From the NCBI GenBank assembly GCA_963733055.1, contig CAVTBR010000001.1, forward strand, positions 1,472,001 to 1,536,000: DNA of 64,000 bases, given 5' to 3'. The notes beneath the pieces were generated by a model, which saw only the letters and a list, made by a program, of their open reading frames with translations, had not been told where the DNA came from and made no database searches. Positions 29,111 through 39,342 of the stretch are shown here, piece after piece (position 1 is the stretch's first letter; every line of letters begins with the position of its first letter). Made by a program: the position numbers and the translations under genes. Origin of the DNA: Candidatus Bathyarchaeota archaeon. Its GTDB lineage: Archaea; Thermoproteota; Bathyarchaeia; 40CM-2-53-6.

Positions 29111-29497
29111 CTAGAACCAGCGTGTCTTCAATCCGGTGATCGATTTCATGTGGTCGTCGTCGGTGAAGCAAACCAATTTCTTGAGTTTGGCGCTTGCAGT
29201 GATTATCGCGTCTGCGATGGGAAAGTCTCTGCCTTGAGAGACTTTGATCTCCGCTGATTCTGCGGCTATGTCAGAGTCAACGTTGATTAGTTCGAAGTCT
29301 CTCTCGATAGCGGATTTTCTTATCTTCGCCACGTCTCGGCCTTCGCCGTCGAGGCTTATTCGATATATTTCGTGAATGGTGATCGCTGATACGTATCTGC
29401 GTGTTCGGGTCTGTAATTCGGACCTGATTTTCGATTTTGGGCCGCGCTCTGCGGAGTAGGTTGCTAGGAACCTTGTGTCGTAGAGTGTGTCAGGCAT
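29111..29497 (-). CDS. PIN-domain (VapC) toxin
   Basis: YDTRF, SAITIHE, ADAII, TDDDH. Confidence 0.85.
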   Translation of the reverse strand: MPDTLYDTRFLATYSAERGPKSKIRSELQTRTRRYVSAITIHEIYRISLDGEGRDVAKIRKSAIERDFELINVDSDIAAESAEIKVSQGRDFPIADAIITASAKLKKLVCFTDDDHMKSITGLKTRWF

Positions 29498-30083
29498 CTT
29501 CTCGCCTAATCTCTTCTAGCCTTCGCTTCATTTCATCGAAGCTTCTTTTGCTGGTGCCAGTCAAGGACCCTATCGCAGACTCTAGGAGAACTACTTGTGG
29601 CAGTCTTGCTTCTCGGTATGGAAGGGGTTGGCGTCTCTTCAGTCTGTGTAGCCTGGCTTCAAGGTTTTCTTTCTTGAGTTCGAATTCGTTGGCCAATCCC
29701 TTATCGAGGGTCACCATCTTCTCACAGCCGACGAAAGTCCCTGACAGGTTTGTTCCGAAGGTTGCATATGCGAGCACTTTCGCGTCCTCACCAGTCAGTG
29801 CGGTGGCTTTCCTTAAGATTCTGAGCCACTCGTTGAATGGATTTGAACGATACAGCGTGTCACTGTTGGCGATGATTGCCTTCGAGATTTGCGGATTTCT
29901 CAGAATTCTCGTGAGTATGTTGTAGGTTTCGAGGGTAACGTAGACTTCAACGTTCTGGGACTTTGCGGTTGCGAGAATCGATACAACTAACTCTTGCTCA
30001 TTTGTAAGTGGGTGGCCTAAATTTGATCTGATGATGGATTCAAACCATCGACGCACGATGTTCTTATCGACGAGAACCCGCAA
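29490..30083 (-). CDS. PIN-like domain protein
   Basis: VLVDKN, EDAKVLA, VTLDK acidic motifs. Confidence 0.6.
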   Translation of the reverse strand: MRVLVDKNIVRRWFESIIRSNLGHPLTNEQELVVSILATAKSQNVEVYVTLETYNILTRILRNPQISKAIIANSDTLYRSNPFNEWLRILRKATALTGEDAKVLAYATFGTNLSGTFVGCEKMVTLDKGLANEFELKKENLEARLHRLKRRQPLPYREARLPQVVLLESAIGSLTGTSKRSFDEMKRRLEEIRREDA

Positions 30084-30375
30084 TCGTTTTCACGACGACT
30101 TCGGATTTCTTAGAGTAGGCTTCTGCCTCTCGGTACCAGTTCTCCCACAACTCTGTTCGGTCTCTTTCAGACATGGCCATGTACCTCGATACGGTGAGGT
30201 CTCTTGTCAAGGGTTCCTCTCCCGTAAGGACGCGATGTGTCATTTCTAGCCGGGTGAAAGCAAGCATCAGGCTCCTCAAAGTCTCGCTGGGTTTCAACCC
30301 CAGGGTCTCACACTGCTTCTCGAAAGCCTTCTTCAACTTCGGTGCTACTCGTACGACGACCTGACTCTGCGTCAA
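30064..30375 (-). CDS. RHH antitoxin-like protein
   Basis: VVVRVAPKLKKAF...GLKPSETLR; upstream GCAATGCAA repeat is a likely autoregulatory site. Confidence 0.65.
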   Translation of the reverse strand: MTQSQVVVRVAPKLKKAFEKQCETLGLKPSETLRSLMLAFTRLEMTHRVLTGEEPLTRDLTVSRYMAMSERDRTELWENWYREAEAYSKKSEVVVKTIAGSRR

Positions 30376-30469
30376 CTCCCAGATTCACGATTGCAATGCA
30401 AAGGCAATGCAACCTTAAAAATCTGACCCACGGTGAGACGCCGTCGCATTATCGAAGTTCGTACTACGG

Positions 30470-31018
30470 TTAGGCGTGGTTCTTGAGTTTCTGCATGTAG
30501 TGTTCTCGGAATTTTCTGACTTTCGGCGCGATAACCATTTGGCAGTAAGGTTGGCGGGGGTTGTTCTCGAAGTAATCATGATGATAGGTTTCGGCTCGGT
30601 AGAAGGCCTGGAGCGGTTGAATTTGTGTCACTATGGGCGCGTTCCATAGTTTTGCCGCCGTCACCTCCGCCACGACTCTTTGTGCTGTGGACTTCTGTTG
30701 GTCGCTGTGGTAGAAGATTGCTGACCGGTACTGGGTCCCCGCATCTGCTCCCTGTCTGTTCAGGGTGGTTGGGTCGTGGACTGTGAAGAAGATTTTCAGA
30801 AGTTCTTCGTAGGAGATTATTGCCGGATCGAAGGTTACCTGAACCGCTTCCGCGTGCCCCGTTCTACCAGTGCAGACATGCTCATAGGTGGGGTTTGGCA
30901 CGGTACCTCCCGCGTACCCCGGCTCAACCTTCTCTACACCCTTCAACTCCTTGAATACCGCTTCCGTGCACCAGAAACATCCCCCAGCGAACGTAGCAAC
31001 CTCCATGACCCAAATCAC
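30470..31018 (-). CDS. msrA: Peptide-methionine (S)-S-oxide reductase
   Basis: GGCFWC, GHAEAV, HDPTTLNRQGAD.GTQYRS, AE.YHHDY. Confidence 0.95.
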   Translation of the reverse strand: MIWVMEVATFAGGCFWCTEAVFKELKGVEKVEPGYAGGTVPNPTYEHVCTGRTGHAEAVQVTFDPAIISYEELLKIFFTVHDPTTLNRQGADAGTQYRSAIFYHSDQQKSTAQRVVAEVTAAKLWNAPIVTQIQPLQAFYRAETYHHDYFENNPRQPYCQMVIAPKVRKFREHYMQKLKNHA

Positions 31019-31255
31019 ACGCCCCTATTGCTCAAGCCGCCAAATAAGCGAAGGATTGAACAGATCAAGCGAAACGTAGAATCCAATTCAGCAAGTTTGG
31101 CTGTTCTAACGAATCTCTCTGTCTGGGTGGCGGAATCGTGCTCCCTCTCGCCTGCCGAATATTGTGTGAATATTGTGTGGCCGGGGGATTTGGACCCACC
31201 AAACATCGTGGGGATAAGTTACCTCGGTTGCGATTCTCTTCGCATTCTTTTGGAC

Positions 31256-31660
31256 TTAATCGAACCTGCTTGGGTCCATTCTCGGAATTTCACGATCGTC
31301 GAAGTCTTTATCGAGTGAGATCACGGCCCTGACGCCAAGTCTCCTCGCACTTGCATACTGAACTGCGTCGTCCACGTCGAACTCACCGTTGGCGGCGAGC
31401 TCGACGGCGTCTACCTTGTCCTCAAGAGATGTTGCGTAGACCGTGAGACCCTTGTAAGCAGATAGGCTGCGAAGAAATCGATCGAGCTCTCGAAGCTTCC
31501 CGCGGCCGTCCAGAATGATCATAATCGAGTAGATTGTGAAGTCTGTAACCGCGGCCCTTTGTCTCCCTGCCCTCACGGCATTAAGAACCTCCATGCATGC
31601 CTTACGCTTGGTTTGCGCCAGCATAACCTCTAGGAAAATGTTCGTGTCAATCAGCAGCAT
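31256..31660 (-). CDS. PIN-domain (VapC) toxin
   Basis: IDTNIFLE, DDAVQY, SLDKDFD. Confidence 0.9.
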   Translation of the reverse strand: MLLIDTNIFLEVMLAQTKRKACMEVLNAVRAGRQRAAVTDFTIYSIMIILDGRGKLRELDRFLRSLSAYKGLTVYATSLEDKVDAVELAANGEFDVDDAVQYASARRLGVRAVISLDKDFDDREIPRMDPSRFD

Positions 31661-31925
31661 TCGGAGAGACCTTCTCCCGCCAACCTCTCCTGACGGAATG
31701 CTGCAGCTCGACCGAACTCAACTTCATTCCGACAAGGATTCCGTCTATGACCTTGACAGGGTCACCCTCAAACCGAACATTCTCCTTTGCCGTGCTGAGC
31801 CACCTTTCGAATGCCTGCTCCGCAGCTCGTGTAAGGGAACCCTTACCAAACCCGAAACGCTTCATAGCGGTCTCCCGAAACCGCCTCTCAAGATCTCCTC
31901 TGACCTGCAGCCTTAACCCTGCCAT
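31647..31925 (-). CDS. RHH antitoxin
   Basis: LERRFRETAMKRFGFGKGSLTRAAEQA, SSVELQH; overlaps the PIN gene. Confidence 0.75.
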   Translation of the reverse strand: MAGLRLQVRGDLERRFRETAMKRFGFGKGSLTRAAEQAFERWLSTAKENVRFEGDPVKVIDGILVGMKLSSVELQHSVRRGWREKVSPNAAD

Positions 31926-32007
31926 ACGGATTCAAGTGACAAATGTACATATGGGCTTATAGCAGTATCCTTAGACAAGAGGTTAATCAATCGTACTCAA
32001 AGCCCGT

Positions 32008-32137
32008 ACTGTCCCGAATACGCGACCGTATAGTGCAGAAACAAGTTGCAGAATTAGTAAAGAGAAAGAGGCTCGGCGCTCGTAGCTTGGAAGACAAGGC
32101 GAAACATGCGCCAACGCCCGCTTTGATAGACATCTAA
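32008..32137 (+). pseudogene. Fragment of a ParB paralog
   Basis: SRIRDRIVQKQVAELVKRKRLGARSLE..KHAPTP matches SRIRDPVMQKEIAELVRRKRLSVRSLE..KHMPTP at ~7258-7380. Confidence 0.75.
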
Positions 32138-32167
32138 AACACGGATGGGGGCGGATCGATCCCGATC

Positions 32168-32425
32168 TCTTCTCCTTTACTTCGGAGAAGACCCGCGCGT
32201 CAAGAAACTACTAGACGAAGTGAAACTTGGCAAAGCTGCTGGATCTACTTGTGAACTAAATCTTACGGAATTGTATTACAGGCCTGCGAGAAGCTTGGGC
32301 GCGAAACTGCTCGAATAGGGAACCTGGCTCTTAGGCGCTATGAACTTTCAATTGCTTCGCCGAATGAATCTTCATCTCGTCTTGCGGGGGATCTCAAATG
32401 TCAGCATAGAGGTAAGCTCTCTGAC
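32168..32425 (+). pseudogene. Degraded PIN toxin
   Basis: LLLYFGEDPRVKKLLDEV...ELNLTELYY/ACEKLGRETAR...LAGDLKCQHRGKLS with a frameshift. Confidence 0.65.
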
Positions 32426-32543
32426 GTGTCATGATCGCCACATACTCTAGCCCTGATCTTCGAAGAGTGGAGACGGCATCTTCTGGCGAATCACAGTCTC
32501 AATATGGTCAAGTTGTCGCTCATCGAGTATTGCCGCTGCAGGG

Positions 32544-32800
32544 CTAAGATGCCCGGTTCACTGGACGCCGTGCGAATAGATAGTTCCCTCTCTCCCGACT
32601 CAGACGTTCGCTCACAACGAACCCATTATCCGCGAGAAACTCGACCAGTTCGTGTGGGTGATGATCATTGATCTCATGAGTCTCCATCGCTAACCGATCG
32701 ATTTTAGCAAGCAAGTCTTTGGGCAAATTAACTAATCCGTATTCGCACCCTTCGCAGTCCATTTTGAGGAAATCGATAGTTCGCTCTTTGCGACAGATCG
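32544..32800 (-). pseudogene. FkbM methyltransferase C-terminal fragment
   Basis: IDFLKMDCEGCEY...IDRLAMETH...LADNGF. Confidence 0.7.
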
Positions 32801-33048
32801 AAGTCAATAAGGCCTTACCGAATGGTTGATTGTAGCAAACGACCATTTTCAGTCCATTAGCTGCTACGTTGTGGAGCAGCCAACTGTAACTCACGTAATC
32901 AGGTTCAACTCCACGTACGGTACGGTAACGAAACCGCCACAGTCAAGATATGAGGGTAATGCATGAAATACGTGGCTTCCGCAGCGAAGCCTGATGCGAT
33001 GAGGAAATGATACCGCACTGGTCCATCTATACCACGAACGAATCCGAT

Positions 33049-33890
33049 CACAGTCCACCCAGTGTCCACTCACAGTCCAGTCAACGCGCAGTGGAAGTCC
33101 AATGGAAGCCCAATGAAGGCTCGATGGAAGTCCAATGGTGGTCCAATAACGTCTCAAAACGATGCGATGAGGTTTTGACGGCGTAACCATACGCTTTGAT
33201 AACGTTTTGACAACGTTTCGAAACGAAACACAACGCACGGACACGTGTTTGATGTGTTTGGAAGCGTACTGAAGACCTATCGAACGCATCTGGGAGCAAT
33301 TGGCAGGCATTGAGCGCATTGGAAGCCAAAATGCAATGAAGCCAGCAGCGGAACCATGGAAAAATAGTTTCAGCAATGAAGAATCACGTACCTAGACACA
33401 GATCGCACAGATTAGTCCGCTTTTGGTCAACGTGGAACGGCGTGCCCCAGCACAATTCAACAGTGGAGCGGAATTTTAACAACCCGTCACGGAACGGTAA
33501 CGAACTGCCACGTAGGTGCTACAAAACCGCCCGAGAATGCGACGTAACGCAGAAAGGAGCGGACAAACGCGAAGACACGCAGAACTCTACGACAAAACAC
33601 GACGAAACAAGCCTAGAAATGTCGAGAGCGCAGGCTCAATGAGGTCAAATCGAGTACAGTGACAACAGACAAGGACGTAGTGAGGGTGCGATGGGGTCTG
33701 AGGAGTATCCGATCGGGCTGTAAGGTCACTGTGAGGGCATCTTCACTCATTATGAGACCATCTGTAGGACATTCCGAGATCCGAGAATATCCGGAAACAT
33801 TCCGGAAGAATCCGAGAACATTGCGAGAGAATCCGGAAAGAATCCGAGAGAATCCGGAAAGAGCCTAGAATATCCGGAAAAATCCGAGAA
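33049..33890. repeat. Degenerate tandem array with 10/11-bp period
   Basis: Five consecutive 11-mers related to TGGAAGTCCAA (33092-33146); alternating AATCCGGAAAG/AATCCGAGAG units (33780-33890). Confidence 0.75.
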
Positions 33891-34141
33891 GAGGCAGGAA
33901 TGAGGCAGATCGACGAAGCCCAAAGGTCGAGTTGCCCGGTAAATGAGCTCTCGGTACGGTCCCTTGAGGCCTCACGATCCAGATATCAGTAGATATCGGG
34001 AAGCGAGCGTGTTCCGGAAGGAACCCTGCGACGTTTCAAAATCGCTATTGCAAAGTTCCCGAAACCTAAAGCCAGACTAGTCTGGTCAACCTCACCCAAC
34101 AGCTTAGATGGAACTCCGAACAAGAGTCTAGTCGACAGACC

Positions 34142-34390
34142 ATGCCGCGGAAGAGAAGATCAACCTACACCGAAGGAGAAGTGAACAAGCTAATAGACGG
34201 TTTCCTCCACCCAATCGCCCGCCAAGACCCATACTATTGGGTGGTTGACACGGTGTTGCACGGACTGGTTGAACAGGACCCAGCAGTAACGCTGGACAAA
34301 TTCATCCGCTACAACCTACCCAAAATCCTAGACCAAGCGATGAAAAACCAACGCCGAAAAACAGGAAGAAAAACCTCATACAGCTACTAG
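34142..34390 (+). CDS. Small basic hypothetical protein
   Basis: 82-aa ATG ORF with natural composition. Confidence 0.55.
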   Translation: MPRKRRSTYTEGEVNKLIDGFLHPIARQDPYYWVVDTVLHGLVEQDPAVTLDKFIRYNLPKILDQAMKNQRRKTGRKTSYSY

Positions 34391-34510
34391 CCCAAGAGCC
34401 ATCCAGTCTTGGTTTCGACACAATACTAAACGAGAATCATGATGGTTCAAATCTGCTTGCCCGCACCATTTGACCCCGCCCCCGCCGCTTTTGACTAGAT
34501 TAACTTTACT

Positions 34511-34588
34511 ACGCTAACACGCTAATACGTTGGTACGAACGACGATAGGAACGACGGTGGGAACGCCGATAGGAACGACGACGAACCA
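34511..34588. repeat. Short 8-mer and 12-mer tandem repeats
   Basis: ACGCTAAC ACGCTAAT ACGTTGGT; ACGATAGGAACG ACGGTGGGAACG CCGATAGGAACG. Confidence 0.6.
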
Positions 34589-34801
34589 CGGATGAATCAT
34601 AAAATTATAAGACTTGAAGAACGAAAAGCATGTTCTATGAAATTATAAAAGATGAAGGCGCGGAAGAAATAGAACGGCGAACCGATGGGTAGAATAGAAA
34701 AAATCTACCCACTAATCCCGTCCAACCCACTATCATAGATTCTATGAACGCCTATTCCTCCGTCACTCACTGCACGAATTGTATACCGTAAAGGTCGCAT
34801 G

Positions 34802-35455
34802 TCATAAATTAGGTAGGAAGTCCACGTTTACGATGAACAAACTTTGACGATTGTTCCAAGGCGCCTGAAAAGCTGAAAACCAAAGCATGGCTAGCAACTT
34901 TGACTCTCCATGAAAGTTGAGATTCCCAATCAAATCCGCAGGTGCTTCAAGCTTGAAGCCTGAGACCTCAATTTGTGCGATCTCGCTAAACGGCTGGCTC
35001 GAAGATATGGGGACTCCTCCTTGAACAGGTGAACTAACCTGAGGTAATGGTGACATGGAAATCGTTATGTTTCCTATCGTCACTGTTCCTCCGTCGAAAT
35101 AGTGGACTGGATGCGGAGAAAAGGGCCCCGTTCCGATGACGCCAAGGACTGTTACGTTGAAAGTGCCAGCTTGAGGGGCAATAATCGTGAAGCTAACATT
35201 GAATGTGCCCCCGAAACTACACGATACATTCGAGGAGGAACCAATCGGTACGCAGTCTTGCGGTCGAAGTTCAAGCGGGGTGACGCTGGTGACCTGCACG
35301 TATGAATAGTTGTTCGCGATTTCAAAGCTGCGCTTTTGCAACCCCAACGCGTCGTTCGCTGTACTCTGGGCTTGAGTACTCTCGTATACTCCGATTAAAC
35401 TAACAATCAAAGCCAGAATTGCTATCCCAAGCGTTATTTTTTCGAATCGGTTCAT
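34802..35455 (-). CDS. Membrane-anchored/secreted beta-rich hypothetical protein
   Basis: N-terminal TM (ITLGIAILALIVSLIGVY) followed by an S/T/V-rich body. Confidence 0.6.
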   Translation of the reverse strand: MNRFEKITLGIAILALIVSLIGVYESTQAQSTANDALGLQKRSFEIANNYSYVQVTSVTPLELRPQDCVPIGSSSNVSCSFGGTFNVSFTIIAPQAGTFNVTVLGVIGTGPFSPHPVHYFDGGTVTIGNITISMSPLPQVSSPVQGGVPISSSQPFSEIAQIEVSGFKLEAPADLIGNLNFHGESKLLAMLWFSAFQAPWNNRQSLFIVNVDFLPNL

Positions 35456-35598
35456 CCTAGAATCCCCTTGCGCATGTGGAATTTCCGGCTATAACATTTA
35501 TGATTATGAGGCCGAATTTTGGTTAATGCACAATTTCAACCTGAAATGGAAAGTCATAAAGCGAGCTACACAAGTAGTCTTCTGAGGACGTCTGAGTA

Positions 35599-35853
35599 AT
35601 GTCAAATCCAATAGGGATGGACCAAGCGAAAGCGATTGCTTTGGAAAGAGTGAAGAAAGACCATCCTGAGGCTCCGAATCCAGAGGTCAGTTCTACAGAA
35701 CTCAAACCTCCTAACTGGGTAGTTAAGGGAAGTTGGACACAGAGCACAACAAATTCAGTAAGTTCGACAAATTTCGACATATGGGTCGATGCCGCAAGCG
35801 GTGAAGTAATCAAAGCCGATTACAGCGGGGGCATGTTTGTTGGTGTGGGTTGA
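35599..35853 (+). CDS. PepSY-like small protein
   Basis: IGMDQAKAIA...W.V...FDIWVDAASGEVI. Confidence 0.55.
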   Translation: MSNPIGMDQAKAIALERVKKDHPEAPNPEVSSTELKPPNWVVKGSWTQSTTNSVSSTNFDIWVDAASGEVIKADYSGGMFVGVG

Positions 35854-35948
35854 AACCTAACCATTCCCAGCGCCGCGAATGATAGGATGAACCGTGAAAC
35901 CCAGCTTCTTGATATGCGTTAAATACTTACGACGCGATTCTAAGTAGC

Positions 35949-36640
35949 ATGAAACTTCGAACCGCGGCAGCTCTAATTTTAACCGGAGTCGCCGTCATTT
36001 TTCTTACGATATTCTTCGCTACGATAGGCTTTGTTACATTCGTAAGTCAGCAAATCTCCATGCGGATAGACGCGGTAGCTCTCTCTCAGATAATTGTAGG
36101 TATTGCAGAGGTCATCATAGCTTGCGCTATAGGTGCGGAGGTCGCCATAGAGGGCTCTGATTTTTTATTAAGCGTCAGGACCAGCATTACCGTTACTTGA
36201 ATGCCGAAGTGTTCAGACCCCTTTCTGAAACGACTGTGGCGAATCAGGGCTACCAACTTTACGTATCTTTCCCTAAGGACGCTTACCTGTGGTCCTCTGC
36301 TATCAAGCACATGCTTAGAGGTGATGAGGTTCGACGTAGTGTACCTGACCTGCTTGATGAAATTGAGCGAAAGGTCACCGTGCATAACAGGTGGGTGAAT
36401 GAAGCAGTAGCGCTCGGTGCACTTATCGGGGTTCCCGAGCTGGACTTGGATGAAGTCCCCGAGGCTCTTCGAGCAGTTGACGAATCTGCAGAAAGCATTG
36501 GCACTGATGTTGAGAAGGTTCGGTCGGCATTTCGCAGTTGGTCGAAAGCTATCGAAGTTGGTCAGTATTATGGAATCGTTCCTAAGGCGGATTGTTGTCC
36601 AACGGTATTGTCTATTATGAAACAGTATTGGCTAGGCTAA
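35949..36640 (+). pseudogene. 2-TM hypothetical protein split by a frameshift in a T run (~36161)
   Basis: Adding one T joins the ORFs: SDFFIKRQDQHYRYLNAEVFRPL. Confidence 0.55.
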
Positions 36641-37010
36641 TGTCCGGTTTGACTTTGAAGCAGGTCCCTGTTAAGCGGGCTTCGACATGTTCTTTGCAAA
36701 TCCCATTGCAGTTTTGCTTTTAATTGGTTCACCGCTCAGGGTTCTTGCTGTTCATAGACGACTTCGGGCATAGGCGGTAATGGGCGGTAGGTTACTTTCA
36801 CAACCATTTCGTAGACATCGCCGCGCTGCTGCATCTCAATCTCGATTGGGCAGATTCCTACCTTAGCCCTCAACCATGCGGCTGCTCCGTTGAGGCCTTT
36901 GGTGATGCGGCGTTCCGCGAGTTCCCTGAACTGTATCTTCGAAATCTACGCATCTCTTCGTCGTGATTCCCCCTGAAGAAAGTAATTTCATGGTTTCCTG
37001 CATGCCTGCT

Positions 37011-37724
37011 CTAAGAAGTGAAGATGCCGTCGATTTGTATTGTCATGGTCCACGAGTTGTCCAGTGCGTAGAGTGTTAGCGTTATGATCGTCAGGCCAGA
37101 GCCGGGGAAGTGAGGGAGGTTATTTCCATAAACCCAGGCTTGGGTGGTTAAATTGTCTGGTACGAGGTGAATTTCGTGGTAAGAGTTGAGGCTAGAATTT
37201 GAGTGCAGACTATTGGGAATGTACCGTATGTTTACGTTGCAGCACCAGAAATCTAGTTCGAAGTCAGCATTGTTCTTGAAATGGATTTGGAATGTTACCG
37301 ACTGGTTGTCCGGAATAATTGCGAGCCGGCCATTCGTGGATGGAAGCCATCCGTAGTCCGCGTCGACTTCAATTGCTAAACTTGGTTTTTGGTATATTGT
37401 GGTGAGGCTTGTCGTAGTTGAGGTTACGCTTGTTGAGTACTCCGTGGTTGAATATGTCGTCGAGGCGGAATATGTTGTTGAGGTTGACAGGGTTGTTGTC
37501 TGCTCGAAAGTGAGCGTTGTGGATTGAGTCACGAGAGCCACGAACGCCGCATTATATCCGGTGAGATGCGCTATCCATGGAGCAAAGAAAGGCGAGCTGA
37601 GAATCAGAACCAAACTAAGCACCGTGGTAAGCAACACGCCTAGCCGTGTAAGTTTACCCCAGAATCCATTCTCTCGCTTTTCAGGCATAGTCAAGCATTC
37701 CCAAAGATCGCTTGGTTGCATCAA
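37011..37724 (-). CDS. Membrane-anchored protein with Thr/Ser-rich linker
   Basis: TM helix followed by TTTLSTSTTYSASTTYSTT and a beta-rich domain. Confidence 0.6.
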   Translation of the reverse strand: MMQPSDLWECLTMPEKRENGFWGKLTRLGVLLTTVLSLVLILSSPFFAPWIAHLTGYNAAFVALVTQSTTLTFEQTTTLSTSTTYSASTTYSTTEYSTSVTSTTTSLTTIYQKPSLAIEVDADYGWLPSTNGRLAIIPDNQSVTFQIHFKNNADFELDFWCCNVNIRYIPNSLHSNSSLNSYHEIHLVPDNLTTQAWVYGNNLPHFPGSGLTIITLTLYALDNSWTMTIQIDGIFTS

Positions 37725-37952
37725 GCCTTTAGAATTTACGTCATTCTATCAATTGCTGCACAATCGGTGATTTCCTCCTAGTTCAACACGGCTTCCCATT
37801 GAATGTCCTGTCAGGGGGCTGGTGGTGCGCACGCACAGGAAAATCCCTGAACGATCTCTCCGAAGGCGCTGAGAACGCACCAACTAGTTTGCGTTAGGAA
37901 ACTCCTAGTGAACGATGGAGCTGACCTTTCGCGTGTGGACGGGTTCGAACAT

Positions 37953-39221
37953 TTACTTTTTGGGCGCGTGATCTTTACAATAGTGCTTCTTGGATATGAT
38001 CCCCTTGGTTACGACGCAGCTAGAACACATGATCCTGCCGCATGTCGAGCAGTTCTTTGAATGTTCTGTCGCGCAAACTGCCTTTCCGCATTCTGAGCAG
38101 ATCCATGAAGGAGTGTTACTGCACATGGAACACTTGGCCAGATCGTCGTGAATGAAGGCTCCAGTCGACGCCAGAAGTGTTCTGATGTAATTGAAGCTTT
38201 TCACCTGATACAGGCCGATCAGCGTCGGAATCTTAAGGTGTTTGAAGTCAAGGATTTCGATATCCCGTTTCTTGGGTTGAATGACCTTTACTCTTCTGCT
38301 GTAGGTTGAGGGCGTCGTATATCGATAGTTAATTGAAAGCCGGTTAACCAGTTCCTCTTTTGCAGACTCCTTTGCAAGGCTAGAATCTAGTTTCGGAGGA
38401 ATCACCGAAGTCCGCATCTTGTCCGGTGGTTGCATAGAATCCATCGGTTGCAGACTTAACAATTCGGCGAATGCCGCGTTGCTCGACGCTGGCTGAACAC
38501 CCTCTCTTGCCCTGCTAGCAACAACATGACCATTAACGGCATCAAGCAAGAGAATTCCTTTGCTCTCGATAACTACCGCATTGCCTACGACTGAATGTTG
38601 CGAGAAACATCCATATTCCATGAGATAGAAAGGCCTCAGAGAGAGGTTAACGGACTCCTTTAGGGCCTGCCAATTCTTCAAGTGGCCGGGCCTAATTTCA
38701 GAGAAACCCGCTCTTACCGGGAGAACGTCATGAATCGCTCCGGTGTCCGGAATCCTTACTTTTGCTATCTTCTGTTCGAGTATTCTTTCGTCCCACAACT
38801 CCATGCCCAGCGCGGCTGCGTGCGATTGTGCATCAGATGTGAAACCACCCGTTGAGACGAAAATCCCCTTTGTAAAACCCAGCGCGGTAAGCTTGTCATG
38901 GAAATTCCTAATCTCCTTGATATCCATAGGACCGCTAACAAACTTGCACTCTACTGCGATTACTATCTTTCCAAACTCCTCTTGCTTCGACGCCACGACG
39001 TCAATCTCGTGATGTACATCGGAACGGTCCTTCATCTTGACTCTAACTTCTGTGTCAAACCCAATCTCACGAAAGTATTTTGCGACGGTGTCCTCTAGTT
39101 CGCTGCCCTTCTCTCTCATTGAAACTGTTTGCACTTGAACCGTGCCTACTCTCGTCCCACAACTCGGGCAGAAGGAGAGAGTGGATTCTAATTGAGTACC
39201 ACAAGCCGGGCAATAGGGCAT
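37953..39221 (-). CDS. Zinc-ribbon plus Mrr-like restriction endonuclease with C-terminal Zn fingers
   Basis: CPACG..FCPSCG; EIDVVA...AVECK PD-(D/E)xK; FVSTGGFTSDA; Cys-rich tail. Confidence 0.8.
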   Translation of the reverse strand: MPYCPACGTQLESTLSFCPSCGTRVGTVQVQTVSMREKGSELEDTVAKYFREIGFDTEVRVKMKDRSDVHHEIDVVASKQEEFGKIVIAVECKFVSGPMDIKEIRNFHDKLTALGFTKGIFVSTGGFTSDAQSHAAALGMELWDERILEQKIAKVRIPDTGAIHDVLPVRAGFSEIRPGHLKNWQALKESVNLSLRPFYLMEYGCFSQHSVVGNAVVIESKGILLLDAVNGHVVASRAREGVQPASSNAAFAELLSLQPMDSMQPPDKMRTSVIPPKLDSSLAKESAKEELVNRLSINYRYTTPSTYSRRVKVIQPKKRDIEILDFKHLKIPTLIGLYQVKSFNYIRTLLASTGAFIHDDLAKCSMCSNTPSWICSECGKAVCATEHSKNCSTCGRIMCSSCVVTKGIISKKHYCKDHAPKK

Positions 39222-39342
39222 ACGAATTCAGCTTCAGATCACTAATGGGCTGATGAAATTATGCCTTTGCAGCCGAGAACCTGCGACGTGGATTTCAAGG
39301 TGGTGTATTCGATCACTCCGTCCGATAAATCGCCACAGGTCT

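Noticed and set aside
32891-33868. ORFs 32891-33376, 33081-33329, 33376-33642 and 33659-33868 as proteins
   Set aside because: They overlap the periodic repeat array, have unnatural composition and show no motifs.
33049-33890. CRISPR array
   Set aside because: Units are contiguous 10-11-mers with no constant 24-47-bp repeat or unique spacers, and there is no cas operon.
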